This document shows, in pieces, positions 1 to 9,985 of a stretch of 64,000 bases of DNA (position 1 is the stretch's first letter; every line of letters starts with the position of its first letter). Source of the stretch: Candidatus Latescibacterota bacterium (GTDB lineage Bacteria > Latescibacterota > UBA2968 > UBA8231); NCBI GenBank assembly GCA_965203355.1, contig OZ241889.1:2144001-2208000 (forward strand), given 5' to 3'. Made by a program: the position numbers and the translations under genes. The notes beneath the pieces are model-generated. The model worked only from the letters and a program-made list of their open reading frames with translations. It was not told the DNA's origin and ran no database searches.

Positions 1-759
1 GTCCGCGGAGCATGGGGCGAAGTTCAACTTCGCCGCGTAGTGGAACTAGCTGGGATGGTCAAGTACTGCGACTACGAAGAACAGATCAGCATTGAATTAG
101 ACGATGGCAACCGCGAGCGTCCCGACATGGTCGTCCGTATGCCCAACCAACGCACTATCATCATTGACGCCAAAGCTCCCATGAACGCATATCTCGAAGC
201 CATAGAATCCGACAATGACACAGATCGTGCAGAAGCCATGAAAGAGCATGCCCGTCAAGTCCAAGATCGTGCCCGTGCTCTGGGCCAAAAATCCTACCAA
301 GAAAAATTCAACTCTCCCGACTTCGTAGTTATGTTTATACCTGGCGAAGCCTTCCTACAACCCGCCCTTGAAATAGATCGCGGACTCATTGACAAAGCCA
401 TGCAACGAAAGGTGGTAATTGCCACGCCTAGTACGCTCATGGCGCTCCTCAAAGCCGTCGCTATGGGCTGGCGCGAAGCGCAGGTTGCCGAGGAAGCCGC
501 CAGAATAGCCGCCCTTGGACAAGAACTTCATGACCGGATCAATACATTCGCAAATCATATAAACGACATGAGAACCTCTCTCACTAGAACCGTCGAATTT
601 TTCAACAAAAGCGTTGGTTCCCTCGAATCAAGAGTCCTCATCTCTGCCCGCCGCTTCAAGGAACTAGGCATCGCCTCCAGCCAAGACATACCCGAACTCC
701 AAGAAGTCGAAGTCCAAATACGCGAACCCCGTTCCTTTCCTGCCGGTGAGGAAAATTGA
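1..759 (+). CDS. rmuC: DNA recombination protein RmuC (5'-truncated by window)
   Basis: Frame is open from base 1 (VRGAWGEVQLRRVVE...). RPDMVVRMP...IIIDAKAP, PDFVVMFIPGE and VIATPSTLMALLK are RmuC-family motifs. Confidence 0.92.
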   Translation, partial: VRGAWGEVQLRRVVELAGMVKYCDYEEQISIELDDGNRERPDMVVRMPNQRTIIIDAKAPMNAYLEAIESDNDTDRAEAMKEHARQVQDRARALGQKSYQEKFNSPDFVVMFIPGEAFLQPALEIDRGLIDKAMQRKVVIATPSTLMALLKAVAMGWREAQVAEEAARIAALGQELHDRINTFANHINDMRTSLTRTVEFFNKSVGSLESRVLISARRFKELGIASSQDIPELQEVEVQIREPRSFPAGEEN

Positions 760-768
760 GGAGCAAAA

Positions 769-1632
769 ATGCCCTTTGACCTTCTAACCGCGCTTTTAGA
801 CACGCAAGCGTTGCGCCTTGCCCCACCGGGCGAGGTGTTTTGGTACACCTCGGGTACCGTCGGCCCCTATTACATCAATACCGAATATCTCTATGGCGGG
901 CCAGAGCAAGCGCAGCTACTGCTCGCCTTCATTGACGAGCGCAAAGAGGACGCGGATTTTCCGCAGCGTTTGCAGGAACGGGTGGAAAAGCAATACGCGG
1001 AAAATGCCGTGTATCGCCAAGTCGTCGATGGGTTGGTCGCGCTGGCGCGAGAAAACGGGGCGGATTTTAACGGCGTATCCGGCGGCGAGCGGCGCGATTG
1101 GTTTTTTTCTCTCGCCGTAGCCGAGCGGTTGGGAAAGCCGGCGCTGTTGATTTACAAGGACGGGCGCACGGTGGTGCTGGATGGCCAAACGCTGCGACCC
1201 GGGTGCGCCAACGACATGGACGTGCTGCATGTGGCCGACTTGGTGACCGAGGCGTCGAGTTACGTGCGCGATTGGCTCCCGGCCGTGGCCGCAGGTGGGG
1301 GGCGGATAGCGTATGCGGCCAATGTGATCGACCGGGGCCAAGGTGGCCTTGAGACGCTCGCCAAGCAGGGCGTTGCGGCCGGAGCGCTCATGCGGATCGA
1401 CGACGCCCTGTTTGACCGCTTATGCGCGATGGGGCAGATTGACGCGAGGCGCCATGCCTTGCTCATCCACTACCGCCGCGACCCACACGCGGCCATGCGG
1501 GCCTTTCTCCAAGATCATCCCCAGATTGTGCGAATGGCTCTCCAGGGAGACGATGCTAAGGCCGCTGCGCGCGCGCGCTTATTGGTGGCTGAAAATCCCT
1601 ACGCGCTCGACGAGTCGCGCTGGCGGGATTGA
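769..1632 (+). CDS. Phosphoribosyltransferase, orotate PRTase-like
   Basis: FWYTSGTVGPYYIN and SGGERRDW, plus PRPP-binding loop VLHVADLVTEASS. GAGGAG RBS upstream. Confidence 0.7.
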   Translation: MPFDLLTALLDTQALRLAPPGEVFWYTSGTVGPYYINTEYLYGGPEQAQLLLAFIDERKEDADFPQRLQERVEKQYAENAVYRQVVDGLVALARENGADFNGVSGGERRDWFFSLAVAERLGKPALLIYKDGRTVVLDGQTLRPGCANDMDVLHVADLVTEASSYVRDWLPAVAAGGGRIAYAANVIDRGQGGLETLAKQGVAAGALMRIDDALFDRLCAMGQIDARRHALLIHYRRDPHAAMRAFLQDHPQIVRMALQGDDAKAAARARLLVAENPYALDESRWRD

Positions 1633-1633
1633 G

Positions 1634-4600
1634 CTATCCCGCTGCTGCAGTTTCTAATTCTTCGCCCTCGACCCGCACCGAAACAAGCTGAGAAACCCCT
1701 TCCTCGGGCATGGTGACGCCGTGCAGAGCGTCGGCGGCCGCCATGGTGATCTTGTTGTGCGTCACGACGACGAACTGGGTCTCGCCGGCAAATTCCTTGA
1801 GCACGCGCACGAAGCGATTGATGTTGGCGTCGTCGAGCGGGGCATCGACTTCATCGAGGATGCAGAACGGGCTGGGTTTGACTTGGTAGATGGCAAAGAG
1901 CAGCGCGATGGCCGTCAGTGCCCGCTCGCCGCCCGACAGCAGGGCAATGTTTTGCAGGCGTTTGCCGCGTGGACGGGCGATGATGTCGATGTGAGCCTCT
2001 AGCGCATCGACGTTTTCTTCGAGATAGAGATCGGCTTCGCCGCCGGGGAAGAAGCGGACAAAGGTCTCTTTGAACGTCGCGCGGATCTGCTCGAAAGACT
2101 TGAGGAACATTCGCCGCGCCGTGCGGTCAATGAGGCCGAGGGTTTTCTTTAAATCTTCGGCGGCGATGACTAGATCATCGCGCTGTTGGCGGAGAAAGTC
2201 GTAGCGCTCCTTTTGTTCTCGATGTTCTTCCAAGACGCCTAAGTGTACCGAGCCTAAGCGATGTAGGGACTGCCGCAACTGGTCAATGCGCTGTTGCGCC
2301 GCTTCCTCGTCGATGGCTTCGTCGAGAGGCCCTAGGGCCGAGACATCGCAGTGATACTCCTCCTGCAAGCGCGTGCGAAGGTGCCGAGCCTGTAGCTGCA
2401 ACTCGGAGATGCGCACTTCGAGGCTCGTGCGGCGCTCGCGCTGCTCGTTGAGTTGCCGCTGCAAGTGGCTGATGTTTTCCTGCAACTCGCGGTTTTGTGC
2501 ATTGGCTGCGGCCCAGTGCTGGCGACGCTGGTCTTGCTCGGTAGCCAAGGTCTCGCGGCCTTGATGCAGCCCCTTGAGTTCGTCGGCCAAGGCCGTGCGA
2601 CGCGCACTGCACTCGGCCTGTTGACGCTCGGCCTCGGCCCCTTCAGCCGCTAGCCGCTCGATGTTATTGTGCAGATTCTCGTCGATGTTTTGCAGGCGGG
2701 TGGCGTCGCGCTCTAGCCCTTGGACTATTTCGGCGGTGCGGGCGTGTTCCACCTGAAGGGTGCCGAGTGCCTCGCGCTGCGTGCGGCGGCGGGTTTCGCT
2801 CTTTTTGAGCTCTTCTTCCAAGGAACTGCTTTCCTCGCTGAGACGGGTGCTCTCGGCCTCGTTGTGGCGTAGGTGCTCGGCTTGTTCGGCGATGCTTTGG
2901 TCTAGTGCTTGGCCGCGCTTGGCTAAGCTGGTGCTTTCACGGTGGAGTTGCTCGAGGCGTACGGCGAGCCGCTCGGCGTCGGTGCTGGCGCGCTGGTGCT
3001 GGTGGACCTGCTCGCGCTCCTTGGCGCGCCCAGTTTCGCTTTCAGCGGCTAGGCTCTCTAGGCATTGCGTGAGCGCGGCGAGTTGCGCGGCGAGTGTGTC
3101 TAGCCGGGGGCCGAGGGCTGCGTAGCGGGCTTTTTGGTGGGCGACGAGCGAGCGCAGGGTGCGGATTTCCCGCCCGCGGCCGAGGACGCCTGAATCCTCG
3201 GCTTGACTCTGGCCGCCCGATGCGAGGCCAAAGAGATCGACGGCATCGCCGTCGGGCGTGACGCAGCGCACGTAGGCATCCGGGTAGCGGCGCGTCAGAG
3301 CCAATGCGGTTTGCAGGTCATCTACTAGAAAGGTGTTGTGCAAGAGGCCGGCGATTAGGGAGGTGATGGAGGCTTCGGGTTGCACGTAGTTCAGCAGCGG
3401 GCCGCGCAGCCCGGGCATGGGCTCTGGGGTTAAAGCCGGGCCGAGGGTGCGCGGGGGAGCCGCTAGCGAGAGAATGCCGACGCGCCCGCAACGCTCTCGG
3501 AGATGGGCAATGCCTTTGAGCAGGCCCCGGTCCGAGTCGGCGATCAGGGCTTGTAGGGCCTCGCCGAGGGCGACCTCGACCGCGCGGGCGCATGCTGTTT
3601 CGACCTCGACTAGATCGCCTAATACGCCGCGGAAGAGAGCGGCGTGGGGCGATTCGAGCATCAAGGTGCGAACCCCGCTTTGATAGCCTTCGTAGCTAGC
3701 GCGGACTTTTTCGAGGACTTGGAGCCGCGCTTGGTTGGCCTCAGCGGCGCGCCGGGCCGCATCGCGTTGTGCGCCGAGGTCGCCGAGGTCCGCCTCGGTT
3801 TGGTCGCGGGCGGCGAGGGCCGTGGTGCGCTGTTGTTGGCCGGTGGATAACTGCTGGCGAGTTTCGGCGAGAGCGGCTTCGGCCGCTTCGGCCGCTTGCA
3901 GTGCTTGGTCGCGCTCGGCTGTGGCAGCGTCCTCTTCGGTGCGGATGGCAACGGCGCGCTCGTCGAGGGCGTCGCGCTCGGCCTGTTGGCGCTCGAGCGC
4001 TCGGCTTATTTCGCTTCCTTGGCGCAGGTGATCCATGCGCCCGCGCTGGCGTTGGTCTAGCGCGGCTCGGCCGCGGTCGTATTCCGCTTCGGCTTGGGCG
4101 GTGCGCTGCTGGTGGGTCTGCAATTTTTGCTCTATTTGCACCAAGGTCGCGCGCGCTTCATCGCGGTGCGCGATATTGTCGCGGTGCTGTTGCTGCACGG
4201 CTTCGAGCTGGCGGCTGTAATCGGCGTGCTCGCGGGCCGTGCGTTTGCGGATTTGTTCGGCGGCCTCGCGCCGCTCGCGCACGGCTACAAGACGCTGTTC
4301 GCGCTCGTGGATGGCTTCGATGCGGCGATTGAGCTCAAGGCCCGCTTCCTGCATGGCCTTCTCGGCTTCCGTCAGCACGAGGCGGGCCTTTTCGAGCTCG
4401 GCCTCACGGCCGGTGAAACGGGTATAGCCTTCTTCGGCCGCTTGGCTGAGTGCGGCGAATTCGTCTTGCAGTGGGTTGATTTGAGTGTTGAGGGCGAAGA
4501 AGCGCTGGCGCCCTAAGCGCACGTCGATCTGGTCCAATTCCCCTTTGAGTTCGCGGTAGCGGCGCGCGCGGCCTACTTGGCGACCGAGATAGTCAACTTG

Positions 4601-5200
4601 GCGTTTGACCTCGGCGATGATGTCTTCAATCCGCTGTAGGTCGGCTTGGGTGGCTTCTAGGCGGTTCCGCGTGGAGCGCCGGCGCACTTTGTACTTGGTG
4701 ATGCCGGCGGCCTCTTCGAGGATGCGGCGGCGGTTCTCGGTCTTGTCGCTGATGATTTCATCGACCATGCCCTGCTCCATTACCGCATAAGCACCTTGGC
4801 CCAAGCCGGTATCCATGAGCAGGTTGGTAATGTCTAGGAGGCGGCAGGGAATCTTGTTGAGCAGATAATCGCTTTCGCCGGAGCGGAAAAGACGCCGGGT
4901 TAGCACGACCTCGGCGAATTCGACGGGCAGCGCGTTGTCGCGGTTTTCAATCGCCAGCGCGACTTCGGCCATGCCGAGGGCCTTGCGCTGGCGCGTGCCG
5001 GCGAAAATCACGTCTTCCATGCGCTGGCTGCGGAACGTGCCGGTGCGCTGTTCGCCTAAGACCCAGCGGATGGCTTCCACCACATTGGACTTGCCACAGC
5101 CATTGGGGCCGACGATGGCGGTGATGCCCGGTTCAAAGGGAATGACGATCTTTTGGGCGAAGGACTTAAAACCGAAGATCTCAAGTTGATTGAGGCGCAC
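1634..5200 (-). CDS. smc: Chromosome segregation protein SMC
   Basis: GFKSF, Walker A GPNGCGKSN, long coiled coils, central hinge, LSGGE signature, Walker B ILDEVDAPLD; 1188 aa. Confidence 0.97.
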   Translation of the reverse strand: MRLNQLEIFGFKSFAQKIVIPFEPGITAIVGPNGCGKSNVVEAIRWVLGEQRTGTFRSQRMEDVIFAGTRQRKALGMAEVALAIENRDNALPVEFAEVVLTRRLFRSGESDYLLNKIPCRLLDITNLLMDTGLGQGAYAVMEQGMVDEIISDKTENRRRILEEAAGITKYKVRRRSTRNRLEATQADLQRIEDIIAEVKRQVDYLGRQVGRARRYRELKGELDQIDVRLGRQRFFALNTQINPLQDEFAALSQAAEEGYTRFTGREAELEKARLVLTEAEKAMQEAGLELNRRIEAIHEREQRLVAVRERREAAEQIRKRTAREHADYSRQLEAVQQQHRDNIAHRDEARATLVQIEQKLQTHQQRTAQAEAEYDRGRAALDQRQRGRMDHLRQGSEISRALERQQAERDALDERAVAIRTEEDAATAERDQALQAAEAAEAALAETRQQLSTGQQQRTTALAARDQTEADLGDLGAQRDAARRAAEANQARLQVLEKVRASYEGYQSGVRTLMLESPHAALFRGVLGDLVEVETACARAVEVALGEALQALIADSDRGLLKGIAHLRERCGRVGILSLAAPPRTLGPALTPEPMPGLRGPLLNYVQPEASITSLIAGLLHNTFLVDDLQTALALTRRYPDAYVRCVTPDGDAVDLFGLASGGQSQAEDSGVLGRGREIRTLRSLVAHQKARYAALGPRLDTLAAQLAALTQCLESLAAESETGRAKEREQVHQHQRASTDAERLAVRLEQLHRESTSLAKRGQALDQSIAEQAEHLRHNEAESTRLSEESSSLEEELKKSETRRRTQREALGTLQVEHARTAEIVQGLERDATRLQNIDENLHNNIERLAAEGAEAERQQAECSARRTALADELKGLHQGRETLATEQDQRRQHWAAANAQNRELQENISHLQRQLNEQRERRTSLEVRISELQLQARHLRTRLQEEYHCDVSALGPLDEAIDEEAAQQRIDQLRQSLHRLGSVHLGVLEEHREQKERYDFLRQQRDDLVIAAEDLKKTLGLIDRTARRMFLKSFEQIRATFKETFVRFFPGGEADLYLEENVDALEAHIDIIARPRGKRLQNIALLSGGERALTAIALLFAIYQVKPSPFCILDEVDAPLDDANINRFVRVLKEFAGETQFVVVTHNKITMAAADALHGVTMPEEGVSQLVSVRVEGEELETAAAG

Positions 5201-5328
5201 GGTCGAGCTCCTGCCGGGCGCTGGGGAAGGGCGCTCCGCTGGGGGAGAGGGTGAGATGTGGGCGATGCTAGGGGAGTTGGTTAGTACTCAAAACAAAACG
5301 AGAAACGCTGTCAAGGCCATGGCCGCGC

Positions 5329-5817
5329 TCAGAAGTCCAAAGCCGAATCATCGACCGTGGTTGGATCGTCTTCCTTGCCCATGGCGATGATGTGCTCGGC
5401 CGCGATTTCTTGGCGCCCGGCGTACCCGGCGTTCAGTTCGTGCCAATAGGCGACTTGGGGTTCGCCGCGCTGCCAGCACAGCAGCACCCAACGGCCTTGG
5501 TAGGTGGTGGGGAAGTCGAGGAGGCCGCGATCGAGACCGCCGACCGGGAAGCGGATGCCTTCGGCTATGATTTCCTCGGTGACGATGCGCTTGATGTCGA
5601 TGATTAGGTCGTTGACGCGGCAACGGTGCTGGTCGAAGGCAGCGCGGTCGGGGTTGGTGCTGCGGGTGACCGCTTGGCCCCAGAGCGCGTCGAGAATTTG
5701 CAATTGTTGGTCGTGATAGCGGACGGCTCCCTTCTTGACCTCTATGCGCTGGAGCGCGTCTTCTAGCTGAGGCAGTTTGGCGTTGGCCTCTTCAATGGTA
5801 AATGCCTTGCGCGTCAT
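5329..5817 (-). CDS. DUF2203-family protein
   Basis: FTIEEANAKLP at the N-terminus and GLLDFP...VLLCWQRGEPQVAYWHELNAGYAGRQ; ATG at 5817. Confidence 0.8.
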   Translation of the reverse strand: MTRKAFTIEEANAKLPQLEDALQRIEVKKGAVRYHDQQLQILDALWGQAVTRSTNPDRAAFDQHRCRVNDLIIDIKRIVTEEIIAEGIRFPVGGLDRGLLDFPTTYQGRWVLLCWQRGEPQVAYWHELNAGYAGRQEIAAEHIIAMGKEDDPTTVDDSALDF

Positions 5818-6003
5818 GGGGTTTTGTCGGCTTTGTCGGATGGGCGCCGTTTGCTTGTCATGCGGCAAAGTATAGGCATTGAGATGCCGCGCTACAAGCC
5901 CTTGCGCTGCTTTTGGCGATGCGTGATATTTAGCCCTGTTTTGCAACGTGGAAGGGGCCGGCGCAGCCAGTCCCGTCTTTTTATTTCAGGTTGAAGTTCA
6001 CCT

Positions 6004-6291
6004 ATGGCGGTTACTATAGAAGAGGTCCGCGAGGTCGCCGAGTTAGCGCGGTTGCGCTTTTCGCCGGCCGAGGAAGAAAGGCTCGTCGGAGCCCTGAACC
6101 GCATCTTGCGCTACATGGACACGCTCAACGAGCTAGACACCACCGGCGTAGAGCCAACGTCCCACGTGCTGCCTCTCGCCAACGCGTTTCGCCGCGACGA
6201 GGCCGCGTCCTTTCCCGCCGCGGCCGAAATCGTCGCCGCAGCCCCGCAGCGCCAAGAGGATTACTTCAAAGTTCCGAGCATCATCGATTGA
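6004..6291 (+). CDS. gatC: Asp/Glu-tRNA amidotransferase subunit C
   Basis: EEVREVAELARL...LNELDTTGVEPTSH...FKVPSII; 95 aa. Confidence 0.95.
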   Translation: MAVTIEEVREVAELARLRFSPAEEERLVGALNRILRYMDTLNELDTTGVEPTSHVLPLANAFRRDEAASFPAAAEIVAAAPQRQEDYFKVPSIID

Positions 6292-6297
6292 CTATTG

Positions 6298-6335
6298 AGC
6301 CGCGGAGGCAGGGCCCTGTCTCCGCGGCTGTTTTT
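6298..6335 (+). terminator. Probable intrinsic terminator after gatC
   Basis: AGCCGCGGAG-GCAGGGCCCTGT-CTCCGCGGCT hairpin followed by GTTTTT. Confidence 0.6.
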
Positions 6336-6359
6336 GGGCGGCTCGAAGGAGCGCACAAC

Positions 6360-8150
6360 GTGGCCACAGAATACAAAGGCCCCAAATACGTCGTCGTGAC
6401 CGGCGGCGTGATAAGCGGCGTGGGCAAGGGCTTGACCACTGCTTCCATCGGCAAGATCCTGCAGCAATACGGCTACAGCACCACGGCCGTCAAGATCGAT
6501 CCGTATATCAACTACGACGCCGGCACCATGCGGCCCACCGAGCACGGCGAAGTGTGGGTGACGGACGATGGCGGCGAAATCGATCAGGATTTGGGCAATT
6601 ATGAGCGCTTCTTGGGGTTGGACCTGCCGCGCTCCAACAACCTGACCACCGGGCAGATTTACCTCACGGTCATCGAGCGCGAGCGCCGCGGCGAATACCT
6701 CGGCGAGACCGTGCAGCCGATCCCGCACATTACGGACGAAATCACCCGCCGCTTGCAGGAGGCGGGGGCGAGCTACGACATCGTGTTGGTCGAGATTGGC
6801 GGCATTGTCGGCGACTACGAAAACGAGCCGTTTCTCTTCGCGGTGAAGACCTTGGAACGCGACTTGGGCGAGGAGCACTTTGCCCACCTGCTAATCACCT
6901 ATCTGCCGATACCGCCACACGTCGGCGAAATGAAGACCAAGCCCACGCAGCAGGCCATTCGCATGCTCAGCGAGCACGGCATTTTTCCCGACTTCATCGT
7001 CTGTCGCGCCGAGACCGCCACCGACGAAGCGCGCAAGAAAAAGATCCAGATCGGGGCCAACGTGCCCTACGACCACATTATTTCGGCCCCGGACTCGGAG
7101 ACGATCTACAACATCCCGCTGGTTTTGGAAGAGGAGCGGCTCGGCGAGAAGATCCTCAGTCGGCTCGGCTGCACCCCCAAGAAGACGCCAGACTGGCGGC
7201 CTTGGCTGGAATTGGTCAAGCGCAGTCGGCAGCCGCGCCAGTGCGTCCGCGTGGCCATGGTGGGCAAATACGTGGTCACGGGCGACTTTCAACTTACGGA
7301 CTCGTACATCTCGGTCAACCAATCGCTGATACACGCTGGCGTGGCGTCGGACGCGCGGGTCGAGATCACTTGGATTGACGGCCATCAGTTTGAGCGCGGC
7401 GAAATGGAGCTCGCTGCGCTCGCCGCATTCGATGGCATTATCGTCCCCGGGGCCTTTGGCGCTGGGGGGGCGGAAGGCGTGATTGCAGCCATTCGCTACG
7501 CCCGCGAGCACAACATCCCCTATTTGGGCTTGTGCTACGGCTTGCAACTGGCCGTGATCGAATACGCCCGCCATGTCGCCGGGATCGCCGAGGCTACTTC
7601 CGAAGAGTTCGACGCGGATTCCGAGTGGCAGGTCATCTGCGTCCAAGACGCCGAGCAAAAGAGCGCGCTAAAAGAAAATCGCTACGGTGGCAGCATGCGC
7701 TTGGGCGCGTACGCGGCCGTGTTCAAAAGCGACAGCCGCGTCCACCAGATTTACGAAGCGTCGGGTCGCCTCGATGAAGACGCCCGCCGCATCGAACAAC
7801 TGCTGGCCAATCCCGACCAAGCGTTCCGCGTTGGCTTGGTCATGCTGGAGCGCGACAAAGTCGCCCTGGAGCGCCACCGCCATCGCTACGAGGTCTCGCC
7901 CCGCTTCGTCGAATTGCTCGAAGAGGAGGGGTTGGTCTTTTCGGGGTATCACCGCCGCGGAGACGGCACGCGCTTGATGGAGTTTCTCGAATTGTCGGAC
8001 CACCGCTTCTTTATCGCGACCCAAGCCCATCCCGAGTTCAAGTCGCGGATGGACAATCCTTCGCCCCTGTTTGCCGGGTTTGTCGAGGCCGCGCTGGCCT
8101 ACCAACAGGAGGTCGCAAACCATGGGGAGGGGCAGGCGGCGGCCTCCTAA
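6360..8150 (+). CDS. pyrG: CTP synthase
   Basis: GTG start with AAGGAG RBS; KYVVVTGGVISGVGKG, KTKPTQ, glutaminase GLCYGLQ, RHRHRYE, QAHPEF. Confidence 0.96.
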   Translation: MATEYKGPKYVVVTGGVISGVGKGLTTASIGKILQQYGYSTTAVKIDPYINYDAGTMRPTEHGEVWVTDDGGEIDQDLGNYERFLGLDLPRSNNLTTGQIYLTVIERERRGEYLGETVQPIPHITDEITRRLQEAGASYDIVLVEIGGIVGDYENEPFLFAVKTLERDLGEEHFAHLLITYLPIPPHVGEMKTKPTQQAIRMLSEHGIFPDFIVCRAETATDEARKKKIQIGANVPYDHIISAPDSETIYNIPLVLEEERLGEKILSRLGCTPKKTPDWRPWLELVKRSRQPRQCVRVAMVGKYVVTGDFQLTDSYISVNQSLIHAGVASDARVEITWIDGHQFERGEMELAALAAFDGIIVPGAFGAGGAEGVIAAIRYAREHNIPYLGLCYGLQLAVIEYARHVAGIAEATSEEFDADSEWQVICVQDAEQKSALKENRYGGSMRLGAYAAVFKSDSRVHQIYEASGRLDEDARRIEQLLANPDQAFRVGLVMLERDKVALERHRHRYEVSPRFVELLEEEGLVFSGYHRRGDGTRLMEFLELSDHRFFIATQAHPEFKSRMDNPSPLFAGFVEAALAYQQEVANHGEGQAAAS

Positions 8151-8175
8151 CTGGGTGGGTAATACCATCGTCTCA

Positions 8176-9984
8176 ATGGGCCGCGCTTTCCCCAGGGGAG
8201 CGCGGCTTTTTCGCGCCGGGTGTTGCGGGGCGGTGCTTTGGGCCTGTGGCGCGGGAGACGGGTCCGAAGAGCCGTTGCAAATTCCCGAAGTTGATGGGGA
8301 AGCATGGGACGCGCACATCGAGATGGGCCGCCCCGGCTACCGCATCCAGATCCGCGCCGCTTATTTGCGCGAATTTTCCAAGTCAGAGCAGGTCGTCGCC
8401 ACGGGCGGCGTAGAGGTTGCGTTCCGCGGCGACGAGGCCGTTTCAACGCTGAGGGCCGAGCGCTTGGTGCTAGAGCACAAGCGGGATCGCTTTGGCGTAG
8501 CGGGCGGCGTGGTTTTGCACGCTGGGGACAGCCTAGAGGTGCAGGCCGATACCCTGTTGTGGGAAAGTGCGCACGAGCAGTTGCGCATTCCGGGTGCGCT
8601 GCGCGTGGAGGTGAGCCAAGGACGGGAGTGGGGCCGCAATCTCACGAGCAATTTCGCCGTGGATGCGTGGTCTTTGGAAGCGGTCGAAGGGCTTTGGCGC
8701 GGCCGGGATGGGATGATGGTGGAGGTGCGCGCCCAACGCGAGGAAAGCCGCCGCGTCGCCGGGGTGCAAGAGATCGCCTACGACAGCGTCGAGGTGCGCT
8801 ACGATGGCGTGCGATTGACCGGGCCACGCGCCGCGTTTTTTCCCGAGGCTCGTCGCTTTGACATCAGCGGTGGAGTCGAGGGCGTCGATTCGCTGGCGCA
8901 GTTTGCCGCCGCCGAAGTGGTGGTGGATGCAGCAAAGCAGCGGCTAGTGGCGCAGGGCGCGGTCCGCTACCGAGAAGAGGGCGTTGAACTGCGGGCTACA
9001 AAAGTAGAGGAAGATCGCAACGCCGCGTTATTGCAAGCCCTCGGGGAGCCAGCGATCTTTGTGCAGGGGGAGCGGCGGGTCGAGGCGCGCCAGTTGGCGT
9101 ATTCGCGTTCCGAGCGGGAACTGACGGCGCAGGACGGGGTCGTCTTGCGCGATGGCGCCCGCGTGCTGACGGCCCAAACCCTCGGCTATACGCGCGATGG
9201 CCAAGTCCACGCCGAAGGCGCGGTCGCGCTAAAGGCACCCGAGCTGGATGGCTCGCTCGCTGGCGATTCGCTCTTTTTTGACTTGGAGCAGGAGGCTGGC
9301 TGGTTGCGGGGTGCTCCTTCGCTGCGCCAGCGTGCGCTCGTGCTCGCGGCGCCTGTACTGCGGTTTGATCTCGTGCGGAGCCGGTTGGCCGGGACGGGCG
9401 GTTTTGCCCTGCGCGCCGAAGGGGTAGAGGTTGCGGCCGCACGCGGTGCGTACGAAGCGGATTCGGCACGGGTGCGGGTCGCCGAGGGCGTGGTGTTGGA
9501 AGAACGGGACCCCGAGCGCGACTATCACAGCCGCCTGATGGCCGATTCGATGATCGTCGCCTTGGCGGACAGCCAAGTCGAGTGGATCGCCATACCCGGC
9601 CAAGTGAGCGGCCAAATTGAAGTGGGCGACCGCCATAGTTGGATCGAGGGGCAGGGCGGGCAAGTCTTTATGGCCGATGGCGACTTGGAGCGGGTTGAAG
9701 TGCGTGCCGCAGCCGACGTGACGCACCGCCGAGCCGAAAATGAAGAGATCAATCGCTTTCGCGGGCAGCAGATGACCCTGTACTTTGACCCGGCGGGGTT
9801 GCACCGTGCCTTGGTAAAGGGCGCGGCCGAATTGGTCACGCGCCTGCAAGAGGGCGACGAGGTTTCCGTCAACGAGGTCAGCGGCGAAGCGTTGGATATC
9901 CGCTTTGTCGAAGGATCGCTGGCTGAGGTGCGAGTTGGCCCGGAGATTGAGGGCCGTTATTATCCGCCCGCAGAGGAGCCGTAA
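8176..9984 (+). CDS. LptC/LptA (OstA-like) multi-beta-jellyroll protein, probable lipoprotein
   Basis: Repeated beta-rich motifs (ATGGVEV, LRAERL, AQGAVRY, AEGAVAL), lipobox-like LWAC, directly upstream of lptB. Start codon uncertain. Confidence 0.7.
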   Translation: MGRAFPRGARLFRAGCCGAVLWACGAGDGSEEPLQIPEVDGEAWDAHIEMGRPGYRIQIRAAYLREFSKSEQVVATGGVEVAFRGDEAVSTLRAERLVLEHKRDRFGVAGGVVLHAGDSLEVQADTLLWESAHEQLRIPGALRVEVSQGREWGRNLTSNFAVDAWSLEAVEGLWRGRDGMMVEVRAQREESRRVAGVQEIAYDSVEVRYDGVRLTGPRAAFFPEARRFDISGGVEGVDSLAQFAAAEVVVDAAKQRLVAQGAVRYREEGVELRATKVEEDRNAALLQALGEPAIFVQGERRVEARQLAYSRSERELTAQDGVVLRDGARVLTAQTLGYTRDGQVHAEGAVALKAPELDGSLAGDSLFFDLEQEAGWLRGAPSLRQRALVLAAPVLRFDLVRSRLAGTGGFALRAEGVEVAAARGAYEADSARVRVAEGVVLEERDPERDYHSRLMADSMIVALADSQVEWIAIPGQVSGQIEVGDRHSWIEGQGGQVFMADGDLERVEVRAAADVTHRRAENEEINRFRGQQMTLYFDPAGLHRALVKGAAELVTRLQEGDEVSVNEVSGEALDIRFVEGSLAEVRVGPEIEGRYYPPAEEP

Positions 9985-9985
9985 G

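Noticed and set aside
5991-6359. N-terminal extension of the 719-aa ORF (PyrG fusion)
   Set aside because: It overlaps gatC in another frame and crosses a terminator; the real start is GTG 6360 with an RBS.
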